This document shows positions 28,752-36,355 of a stretch of DNA of 64,000 nt, piece after piece. Position 1 is the stretch's first letter. Each line of letters starts with the position of its first letter. Origin of the DNA: Candidatus Bathyarchaeota archaeon (GTDB lineage: Archaea > Thermoproteota > Bathyarchaeia > TCS64). The notes beneath the pieces are model-generated. The model was not told the origin of the DNA and did no database searches. It saw only the letters and a program-made list of their open reading frames with translations. The stretch spans positions 10,330 through 74,329 of the forward strand of contig JADGNG010000070.1 of assembly GCA_017883585.1 (NCBI GenBank), given 5' to 3'. Both the position numbers and the translations under genes were made by a program.

Positions 28752-29753
28752 ATGGCGGGCAAACCCAAAGACGCGGTCGAGCCAATGGACTCGGCTTACT
28801 ACAAGGCGAAGTACCAGACGATAGAGGACCTGCCATCAGTCGGCCCCGCCATGGCTGCGAAGCTTAAGGAAATAGGCTTCAAGACCGTCGAGTCTATAGC
28901 TATGGCGACGACTGCCGAGCTGATCACCGCCGGGATAGGCGAGGAGACGGCTGGGAAGGTCATCGAGGCTGCCCGTAAGAGCATCGCCATCACCTTCGTC
29001 CGCGGAGACGAACTCGTCGAGATCAGGAAACAGATCAAGCAGCTCACGACGGGGTGCCTGAGTCTCGACACCCTGCTAAAGGGCGGGCTAGAGACTCAGA
29101 GTCTCACTGAGTTCTACGGCGAGTTCGGCACGGGCAAGAGCCAGATATGCCACCAGCTCTGCGTCACCGTACAGCTCTCCGAGGAGCAGGGTGGGTTAAA
29201 CGGCGGAGCCCTATACGTGGACACCGAGAACACCTTCCGCCCCGAACGCATACAGCAGATAGCCCGGCGCTTCGGCCTAGATCCGGATGCGGTTCTCAAG
29301 CGTATAATATTCGCCGAGGCGTACACCAGCGACCACCAGATGGTCCTCCTCGACAACGCCGACGAGGTCATCAAGGAGAACAACATCCGCCTCATAATCG
29401 TCGACAGCCTTACCAGCCACTTCCGAAGCGAGTACCTCGGCAGGGAGATGCTCGTCAACCGCCAGCAATTACTCAACAAGCACATGCACAAGCTCATGAG
29501 GCTGAGCCGCGCCTTCAACACAGTCGCCGTCATCACCAACCAGGTGATGTCACAGCCCGACGCCTTCTTTACGAAGGGTGTCATGCCTGTCGGCGGCCAC
29601 ATAGTAGGCCACATGAGCCACACCAGAATCTTCCTCAGGAAGGGCAGAGATAATATACGCATAGCCAAACTAACTGTGAGCCCAAGCCTCCCAGAAGGGG
29701 AGGTACCCATCAGGATAACCGAGCAAGGAATAGAGAGCGATGAAGAGAGCTGA
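28752..29753 (+). CDS. radA: DNA repair and recombination protein RadA
   Basis: N-terminal HhH (LPSVGPAMAAKLKEIGF), Walker A GEFGTGKSQ, Walker B LIIVDSL and an L2 region. Confidence 0.95.
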   Translation: MAGKPKDAVEPMDSAYYKAKYQTIEDLPSVGPAMAAKLKEIGFKTVESIAMATTAELITAGIGEETAGKVIEAARKSIAITFVRGDELVEIRKQIKQLTTGCLSLDTLLKGGLETQSLTEFYGEFGTGKSQICHQLCVTVQLSEEQGGLNGGALYVDTENTFRPERIQQIARRFGLDPDAVLKRIIFAEAYTSDHQMVLLDNADEVIKENNIRLIIVDSLTSHFRSEYLGREMLVNRQQLLNKHMHKLMRLSRAFNTVAVITNQVMSQPDAFFTKGVMPVGGHIVGHMSHTRIFLRKGRDNIRIAKLTVSPSLPEGEVPIRITEQGIESDEES

Positions 29754-30138
29754 CAGACCCCGAGCCCTGACGGCGACGGGCAAGACCCGTGAAGCCGTCA
29801 TAGTGTTCTTCGACGCCGTCATAGAGAGGCGGTTCAGCGACGCCGACAAGGCTCTGGGGGAGGTGCGCAACAGGAAACTCTCAAACCCCGAATTCCAGGA
29901 CGGCTACATAAAAGCCCTCGAGGGCATACTCACATCCGCCCGGAGCGGCGACGAGCGGGACTACCTCAACAGGTCCAGCGACACCGAGGAGGACCTGGAG
30001 AAGCAAAGCAAGGACTTCAGGGAGATACTCATGAAGGGGAGGCCGAAACCATTCGACCTCGGATTCTTTAGCGCCTGGAGTGACCTAGTCCACTACAGAC
30101 TTGCCACGAACAAATTCTCTAAAGTGGCGCAACCCTAA
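29740..30138 (+). CDS. hypothetical protein overlapping the radA 3' end by 14 nt
   Basis: 132 aa ORF, predicted helical, with no motif I recognise. Its placement suggests translational coupling to radA. Confidence 0.4.
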   Translation: MKRADRPRALTATGKTREAVIVFFDAVIERRFSDADKALGEVRNRKLSNPEFQDGYIKALEGILTSARSGDERDYLNRSSDTEEDLEKQSKDFREILMKGRPKPFDLGFFSAWSDLVHYRLATNKFSKVAQP

Positions 30139-30391
30139 AGATCGTGTAGAGAAGCGTCCACGCCATTATCCAGATGAAGATGTAAGCGCCTACGCCCACC
30201 TTTAAGCCGTGGCCGCGGTCCATCTTGAGCCACCCAGAGAGCAGGTCGGAGGACGCTAGGTAGAGGAGCGTCCCAAGCATGAAGACGAGTGTGCCGTCGA
30301 TGTTCCCGAATCTCTGTAATGCGACGCAGAGCACTGCGGCGACGAGCGCTAGACCCACCTTGATCCAGTAGAGCTTCTCGGACGGCTTCAT
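30119..30391 (-). CDS. small integral membrane protein (3 predicted TM helices)
   Basis: 90 aa with three hydrophobic stretches (VGLALVAAVLCVAL, LVFMLGTLLYLA, VGAYIFIWIMAWTLLYTI). Confidence 0.4.
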   Translation of the reverse strand: MKPSEKLYWIKVGLALVAAVLCVALQRFGNIDGTLVFMLGTLLYLASSDLLSGWLKMDRGHGLKVGVGAYIFIWIMAWTLLYTIFRVAPL

Positions 30392-30463
30392 CGGGCGTTC
30401 ACCGCTCTTATCCGGCGTCGGGATATTTGGGTGTATCGCATTAACCGAACCTGATGAGTATCG

Positions 30464-30691
30464 TTATGTGGAAAGTCTTCCCTTTCCGACCTGCGACTCG
30501 AAGCTGATCTTACCACCCTGGGTCTCAACTGCTCGACTGCAGTAGGTGAGCCCAAGCCCCATTACCCCCGACTTCGTCGTTAAGAGGGGAAAAAATACCT
30601 TCCTACTCGATTCTCTCTGGATGCACACGCCTGTGTCGGAGACGGAAACCCTGACGGCAGGCTCTGGAGTCTGGGGGTCAGCGAGGGTCAC
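30464..30691 (-). pseudogene. remnant of a sensor histidine kinase (C-terminal HATPase_c G1/G2 boxes only)
   Basis: VSVSDTGVCI (G1 DxGxG), FFPLLTTKSGVMGLGL (F/G2 boxes) and GGKISFESQVGKG match the 3' end of HATPase_c. There is no HisKA or N-box, and only about 40 nt separates it from the next gene. Confidence 0.6.
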
Positions 30692-30732
30692 CGAATGGTG
30701 ATCTGAAAATATCCGCCGCTTATGATTCTTAT

Positions 30733-31506
30733 CTAACTGATGTATTCGGGCCTCTTGTCCGAGAGGGGGAGGAGGTCAGTTTCCTCCTCGAATACTTCGA
30801 GCCTTTTCCTTATTGAGGCGTCGAGACGCCTCGCCCTCTTCTCGAGGAGGGTTGTGTCGAGCTCGAGGTTGAGGATGGAGGCAAGCTTGATGAGTACGGC
30901 GCGTGAGGAGAGGTGCTGTGGTACGTTCGCGTACTTTATATCACCCATGAGGCAGGCGCCGGGTATGCCGCGGCTCTTCGCAACGCCGATGACAACGCCG
31001 TTGAGGCCGTTGACGACCCCCTCCTCGTCCACCACCTTGATCCCGTGCGAGCCGAGGAACTCCTTCATATCCTCCCCCGAGCAGACCCCGTAGACCTTGG
31101 GTTCGTCCGTGTACTCCGTCGGGTAGGCGGCCATCGTCCACATCCGCTTCACGCCGAAGTCGACGGCAAGCTCCACCACCTTTTCTGCGAGCCTAACCGA
31201 CTCCTCGGGGATCGAGGGCTGTGCGTCCCCCACGCAGATGATAAGGTTCCTCGACGGAGCGGCGTAGAACCTGTGCTTTATGGGCGAGAGCTCGCCGACA
31301 CCCTTGTTGTAGACGAGCATGTTGTGGAAGTACGTCACCTCGGCGAAGAGCCTCGCGTTAAGGCGTCTACGAAGGTAGTCGGCGGATATCTTGGCTATAT
31401 AGCCCATGCCGGGCCACGCCGCAATCATGTCGGGGTGGTCGAGCTCCGGCCTGCTGATGTAGTGGATGTCCAAAGGAGTCGCATAACCCAACCCGTGGTT
31501 TTCCAT
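30733..31506 (-). CDS. PAC2-family proteasome assembly chaperone
   Basis: 257 aa. LDHPDMIAAWPGMGYIAKISADYL is typical of the PAC2 N-terminus, with a coiled C-terminal tail ending ...RPEYIS. Confidence 0.7.
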   Translation of the reverse strand: MENHGLGYATPLDIHYISRPELDHPDMIAAWPGMGYIAKISADYLRRRLNARLFAEVTYFHNMLVYNKGVGELSPIKHRFYAAPSRNLIICVGDAQPSIPEESVRLAEKVVELAVDFGVKRMWTMAAYPTEYTDEPKVYGVCSGEDMKEFLGSHGIKVVDEEGVVNGLNGVVIGVAKSRGIPGACLMGDIKYANVPQHLSSRAVLIKLASILNLELDTTLLEKRARRLDASIRKRLEVFEEETDLLPLSDKRPEYIS

Positions 31507-31791
31507 TAAACCTTTCGTTTACCCTAATCGATCCTTCATCTAGTTGTGAATCGAAAAAAGATATTTAATCCGCTGTCAGCGGCAGTAGAAGAACTTCAGG
31601 GATAATGCCGGGCATAAGGTCAGGTGTGGGGAGGACTACCCCGTCTGCGTGGTGAAGAAATCCATTATAGCAGGTATAGATTCCACAAACACAAGCTGAC
31701 GATTCTGTGTGCCTCAAATGCAAGACGGTCTTCGAGAACCGCCCTAAGTAACTTCTAGACTAAATCCCCCGATTCCCCGGGTTCAACCATA

Positions 31792-32194
31792 ATGAGCCAG
31801 AAAAGTGCGGAGACGCGCTTACTACTTGTGGACGATGACGCCACCCAGCTCCAATTGCTTGACATTTCACTCGAGAGAATCGATGAGTCGTTTACGTTCG
31901 AACAGACCAGCTCCTGCGAGAAAGCGCTCGAAATTATATCCCGATGGCCATTCGACTGCATCGTCAGCAACTACACGATAGAACAGGATTAGCAGTATGG
32001 AGCTCTGCTAGAGACTGAGGGTCGACGGGTACGACACGCCCTTTATCCTTTGTACATGTCAGGACGACGAGAAGGTTATCAAGAATGCGCGTTAGGTAGG
32101 GGTCGATGACTGTATCCAGAAGGAGCCGAGCTTAGCCGTCCACATCGTGCTTGAGGAGAGGATCAAAAGCCTAATTCAGAAATGTGGGGTTTGA
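31792..32194 (+). pseudogene. response-regulator receiver domain gene, disrupted by a frameshift and in-frame TAG codons
   Basis: The first frame gives RLLLVDDDATQLQLL...EKALEIISRWPFDCIVSNY and stops at TAG 31990. The +1 frame continues ...SSMELC*RLRVDGYDTPFILCTCQDDEKVIKNAR*VGVDDCIQKEP...LEERIKSLIQK, which is the rest of a REC domain with two TAG stops. Confidence 0.65.
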
Positions 32195-32257
32195 CCCCTT
32201 TATATTGTCGTGATTTTTCCCGGATAAGTCAAATAAGCGACGGTGATCCATAATCGT

Positions 32258-32600
32258 TTCACGGCCCCGGGAAAACCGCTTTTGGTCTCAACGCCCCGTG
32301 ACAATATTTACTGCGATGCGACAAAGAGTGGATAACGTTTTCCACTCGCAATCTGCGCCGATGAACCATCCGCGCAACAGAGCTATCAAATACGATCCGG
32401 GTCGCCCACTCATCGTAGCGCGGGGAGTCCATGAGGCCGGAGGAGCCCAGCCATGCCGAGAAGCGAGGCACGGGAGGAACGAAGCCCTTAGGTAGGTCTG
32501 GGGAAACTCCAGTGGGTGGTGAAGGGGGTAAGCGAACCGGGAGACCGAAATCCATTACCTTCTCAGACTACGAACATAGACATCGCCCCGTGCTACGCTT
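32258..32600 (+). ncRNA. candidate structured ncRNA; RNase P RNA-like motifs, identity unconfirmed
   Basis: There is no credible ORF here, only short overlapping ORFs on both strands. Hairpins: 32259-64/32296-301; 32326-32/32341-47 (7 bp perfect, extended by 32317-19/32348-50); 32355-75 (8 bp with 1 mismatch); 32498-32512. Long-range helices: 32415-25 GUAGCGCGGGG with 32586-96 CCCCGUGCUAC (11 bp including one G-U), and 32458-63 GAGAAG with 32559-64 CUUCUC. Purine motifs on the plus strand appear in RNase P order: AGUCC right after the closing helix, CACGGGAGGAACGAAGCC, GGUGAAGGGGGUAAGCGAACC (like CR-II/CR-III GGUGAAA..GGUAAGAGC..ACC), and ACGAACAUAGACAUCGCCCC (like ACAGAAC..GGCUUAUCGCCCC). 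The canonical GAGGAAAGUCC and ACAGAA are not intact. Confidence 0.3.
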
Positions 32601-32621
32601 AACATCAGGGGTAGTTATGCA

Positions 32622-32954
32622 ATGATGAGACCGAGAGGATGGACCGAGCAGGAAGTCAACACTCTACGAAGACTGTACCCAACCATAGCTACGCTCACAG
32701 ATCTCCAGAACAGCATCCCCTCAAGGAGCCCGAACTCGATACGCATCATGGCGTCCCGGCTCGGCCTAAGGAGACCCGACCTGCTAACCGGTATAGAGAA
32801 GGCGGGTGAGATCAAGACCTCCGCTTCCGTTGGTGGCGGTGTCCTGGTCAGGTGCAGCAGGTGCGGAGGGTGGGTCGGCGTGGCATCCGCTAAGGCGAAT
32901 GGCAGCATAATCGTCTGCGAGAACTGCGGATGCATCAGCCACGTCCGTGCATAG
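32622..32954 (+). CDS. small protein with N-terminal SANT/Myb-like helix bundle and C-terminal zinc ribbon
   Basis: GWTEQEVNTLRRLYP...NSIRIMASRLGL resembles a Myb/SANT repeat. The C-terminus has CSRCGG...CENCGC (two CxxC pairs). Confidence 0.4.
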   Translation: MMRPRGWTEQEVNTLRRLYPTIATLTDLQNSIPSRSPNSIRIMASRLGLRRPDLLTGIEKAGEIKTSASVGGGVLVRCSRCGGWVGVASAKANGSIIVCENCGCISHVRA

Positions 32955-33034
32955 AGGCTTCATCAGTTACTACAGGCTACCACTTCATACCCTTTTTATA
33001 CCAAGAGTCCATTGTCAAAACGAGGAGTTAGGCG

Positions 33035-33598
33035 TTGAGTCTCGAGCTTGAACCCAAGATGATGGTCAGGGAGGCCATGTCGAGCCCCGTATTCTCCGTC
33101 AGCGAGGAGAGTGACATCACCGAGGTGGCCAAGTTAATGAGGGAGCACAAGCTCGGCGCCATCGTCGTGAACAATACCGAGGGGCAGCCTATCGGCATTG
33201 TTACCGAGAGGGACATCGTCCTCAGGGTCGTCGCCGACGGCATGTCCACACCCGGTGTGAACGCGGGCCAAGTCATGTCCAGCCCCCTCAGGGTCGTAAA
33301 GGCAGAGACCCCGATAGTCGACGCGATGAGGATGATGGACAAGCTCAACATACGGCGCCTCGGCGTCACCTACAAGGGGCAGCTAGTCGGCGTCATCAGC
33401 CACAAGGACATCATCAGGATCATCCCCACGATAATGGAGATCATGAGGGAAAACTCCAAGATCAACGGCGCAACGAACGGCTTCAGCCCCTCGACAGTCG
33501 GGTACTGCGACCGCTGCGAGACCTACTCGATGAACCTGCGCGCCGTCGACGGCGAGTTCCTCTGTGAGGACTGCAGGGCCGAGGAGAAGGAAGAATAA
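33035..33598 (+). CDS. CBS-domain pair protein with C-terminal zinc ribbon
   Basis: Two CBS repeats (VREAMSSPVFSV...GIVTERDIV and QVMSSPLRVV...GVISHKDII) plus CDRC...CEDC. Confidence 0.85.
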   Translation: MSLELEPKMMVREAMSSPVFSVSEESDITEVAKLMREHKLGAIVVNNTEGQPIGIVTERDIVLRVVADGMSTPGVNAGQVMSSPLRVVKAETPIVDAMRMMDKLNIRRLGVTYKGQLVGVISHKDIIRIIPTIMEIMRENSKINGATNGFSPSTVGYCDRCETYSMNLRAVDGEFLCEDCRAEEKEE

Positions 33599-33625
33599 AC
33601 GCCAGAGCACAATTCTAGCCCAGAC

Positions 33626-34090
33626 ATGAGGCCACGCTTCCTCCTAGATGGCATGCTCGGCAGCCTATCCCGGTGGCTTCGCATGGGTGGTTACAACACC
33701 GAATACCTGAAGGACACCCCAGACGACGATTTGATAGAGACAGCGAATAGGGAGAGTCGCATCCTGCTTACACGTGACGAGGCTCTTGTTCACAGGGCTC
33801 GTAAGCGTGGCATCGAGGTCATATACATAAAGAATGAGAGCGACGAAGACGCGCTACGACAGCTCAATACCCAGCTTGGACTAGAGTACGACCCGACCCA
33901 AGCGCGGTGCCCGAAGTGCAACAACACCGTTGATAAGGTGAGGAAGGAGGAGGTCGACGACAAGGTCCCGGATGGGACTTATAAGGTCATCGATGACTAC
34001 TGGGTCTGCCCCCACTGCGGCAGCATCTACTGGCGGGGTAGCCACTGGCCAAGAATAGTCGAGACCCTCAGCGGCGCTGGAAGGGGTTAG
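33626..34090 (+). CDS. Mut7-C RNase domain protein (PIN-like, DUF82)
   Basis: RFLLDGMLGSLSRWLRMGGYNT, ILLTRD, and a zinc ribbon CPKCN...CPHCGSIYWRGSHW. Confidence 0.85.
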   Translation: MRPRFLLDGMLGSLSRWLRMGGYNTEYLKDTPDDDLIETANRESRILLTRDEALVHRARKRGIEVIYIKNESDEDALRQLNTQLGLEYDPTQARCPKCNNTVDKVRKEEVDDKVPDGTYKVIDDYWVCPHCGSIYWRGSHWPRIVETLSGAGRG

Positions 34091-34150
34091 GCGCTTCTCC
34101 GGCAGGCTTTAAAAAGCGCCGAGCACCCGAATGATGGAAGAGGGAACGAA

Positions 34151-34771
34151 ATGACCTTCGACCTTACGCTTGAAGAAGGGACCTACCTCGTCAAGTTGGC
34201 GAGGAGAAGGATAGAAGCCGCGTTTACAAAGGCCGAGATCAGCCTCGAAGACGCCCCCACGAAGACAAGGGAGGAATGCGGTGTCTTCGTCACCCTCAAC
34301 AAGATAGTAGATGGTGAGACGCAGCTCAGGGGCTGCATAGGCTACCCATACCCCATCAAGCCCCTCGTCGAGGCAGTAGACGACATGGCCTACGCAGCTG
34401 CCTTCGAGGACCCCAGGTTCCCACATTTGAATAGTAAGGAGCTAGGCGAGATGGTCATCGAGGTGAGTGTACTCACGCCCCCGGAATCGATTGATATGAA
34501 GAAGCCGGAGGAGAGTCCATCCGTTGTCAAGGTCGGATGCGACGGCTTGATTGTGAAGCGCGGTGGGCGGAGCGGTCTCCTCCTGCCCCAAGTCGCGACG
34601 GAGTGGGGCTGGGACTCCGAGGAGTTCCTCTCCCAATGCTGTGTGAAGGCGGGTCTCTCCCCCGATACATGGCTCGTACCCGGCACACAGGTCTCCAAGT
34701 TTCAGGCTATCATCTTTGCCGAGGAGTCCCCGGGCGGGGACGTGAAGAGGCTGGAGATCAGGGGCGAGTGA
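34151..34771 (+). CDS. amrA: AMMECR1 domain protein (AmmeMemoRadiSam system protein A)
   Basis: CGVFVTL......LRGCIGYPYP, FEDPRFP, GLIV..GGRSGLLLPQV are the AMMECR1 signature. Confidence 0.9.
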   Translation: MTFDLTLEEGTYLVKLARRRIEAAFTKAEISLEDAPTKTREECGVFVTLNKIVDGETQLRGCIGYPYPIKPLVEAVDDMAYAAAFEDPRFPHLNSKELGEMVIEVSVLTPPESIDMKKPEESPSVVKVGCDGLIVKRGGRSGLLLPQVATEWGWDSEEFLSQCCVKAGLSPDTWLVPGTQVSKFQAIIFAEESPGGDVKRLEIRGE

Positions 34772-34778
34772 GGGCTCC

Positions 34779-35975
34779 TTGGGGGACTTCAGGGGTGCGA
34801 GGGTCTACTTCACCCCGAACGGCATAGGGCTCGGCCATGTTAGCCGGAATATGCCAATCGCCTACGAGCTGCGGAGACGCGGAGCAGACGTCCTCTTCTC
34901 CACCTACCTCGAAGGCATTGACTACGCTAAGAGTCAAGGCTTCAGCGCAATCGCTGTTCCACCCATCTCGATGGCAAACGACTCCTCGGGCAGCATCGAC
35001 CTCAAAATGTCCAGTGTGAGGCAAGGCGTCAAGGCACTCCCCACATTCATGAGGCAAGTCAACCAGGAGATCAAACACATCAAAGCTTACATGCCGGATG
35101 TCGTCGTCTCAGACTCCCGCCTCTCATCAATCTTCGCTGCGAAAATGCTCCACGTTCCCGTCCTCCTCATCCTCAACCAGTTCACCCCCCTCATCCCACG
35201 GCAGAGGGACATGTTCATGCTAGCTAAGGTCGCCGACGGCGTTATAATGACCCTCATCGGTAGGGGTTGGGGGTACGCCGACAAGATACTCATACCCGAC
35301 TTCCCAGCCCCCTACACCCTCAGCATCGACTGCCTCAGGATACCCGGCCCCTACCAGAGCAAGGTGGAGCTGATTGGCGCCATCCTCCCGAAGATGCCTA
35401 AGGAGGCGAGGAGCAGGGACGAGGTCAGGGCGGATCTGGGGGTAAGACCAGAGCAGAAGCTCGTCTACGCGGGGATAAGCGGCCCACGCGCCGAGAGGCT
35501 ACCACTCTTAAAGATACTCGCTCCTATCTTCGAAACTTTCCCCGACGAATATCGGGTAGTCATGTCGATGGGAAATCCTAACGGCAACACACAGCCCACC
35601 AGAAGAGGCTCTCTCATCGAGGTTGACTGGGTCAGCGACAGGTTTGACGTCCTCAACGCCTGCGACCTCGTCGTCTCCCGGGGAGGCCACGAAACGATGA
35701 TGCAGAGCATCTGCTACGGGAAGCCCTCGATAATCATCCCTGTCCCGAAGCACCCTGAGCAGTACGGCAATGCGAGGAGGGCACAAGAGCTTGGAGTCGC
35801 CCACGCTATACACCAGAGACACATAGAGAGGGACGGGCTACTTCTTCTAACGGAGGAGATTCTCGGCAACGACTCCTTCGGCAAGCGCCTCGCCGACCTA
35901 AACCGCAAGGGGATCGGGGGAGGTGTCGAGAGGAGCCTCATCGCCCTCGAGGGCGTAATACGCTGTCGACCGTAA
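34779..35975 (+). CDS. glycosyltransferase (MurG/GT28-GT1-like GT-B fold)
   Basis: N-terminal PNGIGLGHVSR. The C-terminal donor-binding region is LVVSRGGHETMMQSICYGKPSIIIPVPKHPEQYGNARR. Confidence 0.8.
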   Translation: MGDFRGARVYFTPNGIGLGHVSRNMPIAYELRRRGADVLFSTYLEGIDYAKSQGFSAIAVPPISMANDSSGSIDLKMSSVRQGVKALPTFMRQVNQEIKHIKAYMPDVVVSDSRLSSIFAAKMLHVPVLLILNQFTPLIPRQRDMFMLAKVADGVIMTLIGRGWGYADKILIPDFPAPYTLSIDCLRIPGPYQSKVELIGAILPKMPKEARSRDEVRADLGVRPEQKLVYAGISGPRAERLPLLKILAPIFETFPDEYRVVMSMGNPNGNTQPTRRGSLIEVDWVSDRFDVLNACDLVVSRGGHETMMQSICYGKPSIIIPVPKHPEQYGNARRAQELGVAHAIHQRHIERDGLLLLTEEILGNDSFGKRLADLNRKGIGGGVERSLIALEGVIRCRP

Positions 35976-36008
35976 GGCTTGAATACGGTCACACTGAGAC
36001 GGTAGGCT

Positions 36009-36353
36009 ATGGCATACTATTACGCCAAGAAGAGGAACAGGGAAGTCACAAAGTACTGGAACCAGAAGGTCCTCAAGGCCTTCAACGAGTTCGACGAGAA
36101 GGTCTTCGAGCCGGGCAAGCTCGACGTTAAGACGAAGGAGCTCTGCGCGGTGGCGGCCACCTACATCACTAGGTGCCCGTACTGTATCGAGGCACACGCG
36201 AAGAGGGCGATCGCCGCGGGCGCGACGAAGGAGGAGCTCGCGGAGGTCATCGCAGTCGCCGCCGCCCTGAACGCGGGTGCGAGCATGGCGCATATGAACT
36301 TCGCCCTCGAGGCAGGGGACGATGAGAGCGAGTACCTCAAAGACGACGAGTAA
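36009..36353 (+). CDS. carboxymuconolactone decarboxylase (AhpD-like) family protein
   Basis: KTKELCAVAATYITRCPYCIEAHAKRA (CxxC in the AhpD-like fold). The 114 aa length fits the family. Confidence 0.85.
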   Translation: MAYYYAKKRNREVTKYWNQKVLKAFNEFDEKVFEPGKLDVKTKELCAVAATYITRCPYCIEAHAKRAIAAGATKEELAEVIAVAAALNAGASMAHMNFALEAGDDESEYLKDDE

Positions 36354-36355
36354 GC

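Noticed and set aside
29114-29710. Antisense 198-aa and alternative-frame 168-aa ORFs inside radA
   Set aside because: They lie within one of the most confidently identified genes in the window. The translations are low complexity (Arg/Pro/His-rich or Ser/Leu-rich) and motif-free.
9908-32194. Stop-codon recoding (TAA or TAG read-through, e.g. pyrrolysine) as the explanation for in-frame stops in the SRPBCC and response-regulator genes
   Set aside because: TAG and TAA both terminate many well-supported genes in this window at the expected C-termini. The response-regulator gene also needs a frameshift. Simple gene decay is the more economical explanation.
32258-32600. Interpretation of the structured region as SRP (7S) RNA, or as protein-coding (ORFs 32259..32555 minus, 32298..32495 and 32431..32625 plus)
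   Set aside because: For SRP RNA, I could not find the helix-8 GNAR tetraloop closed by C-G pairs with flanking AGCA/GGUCA-type loops, nor the Alu-domain UGUAA motif. AGGCCGGAGGAGCC does not fold into the required stem. For coding, the three ORFs overlap each other on both strands, are Arg/Pro/Gly-rich and carry no motifs.
32618-32632. C-box-like AUGAUGA suggesting a C/D box sRNA
   Set aside because: No matching D box (CUGA) or terminal stem lies at an appropriate distance, and the motif coincides with the tandem ATG start of the 32622 ORF.
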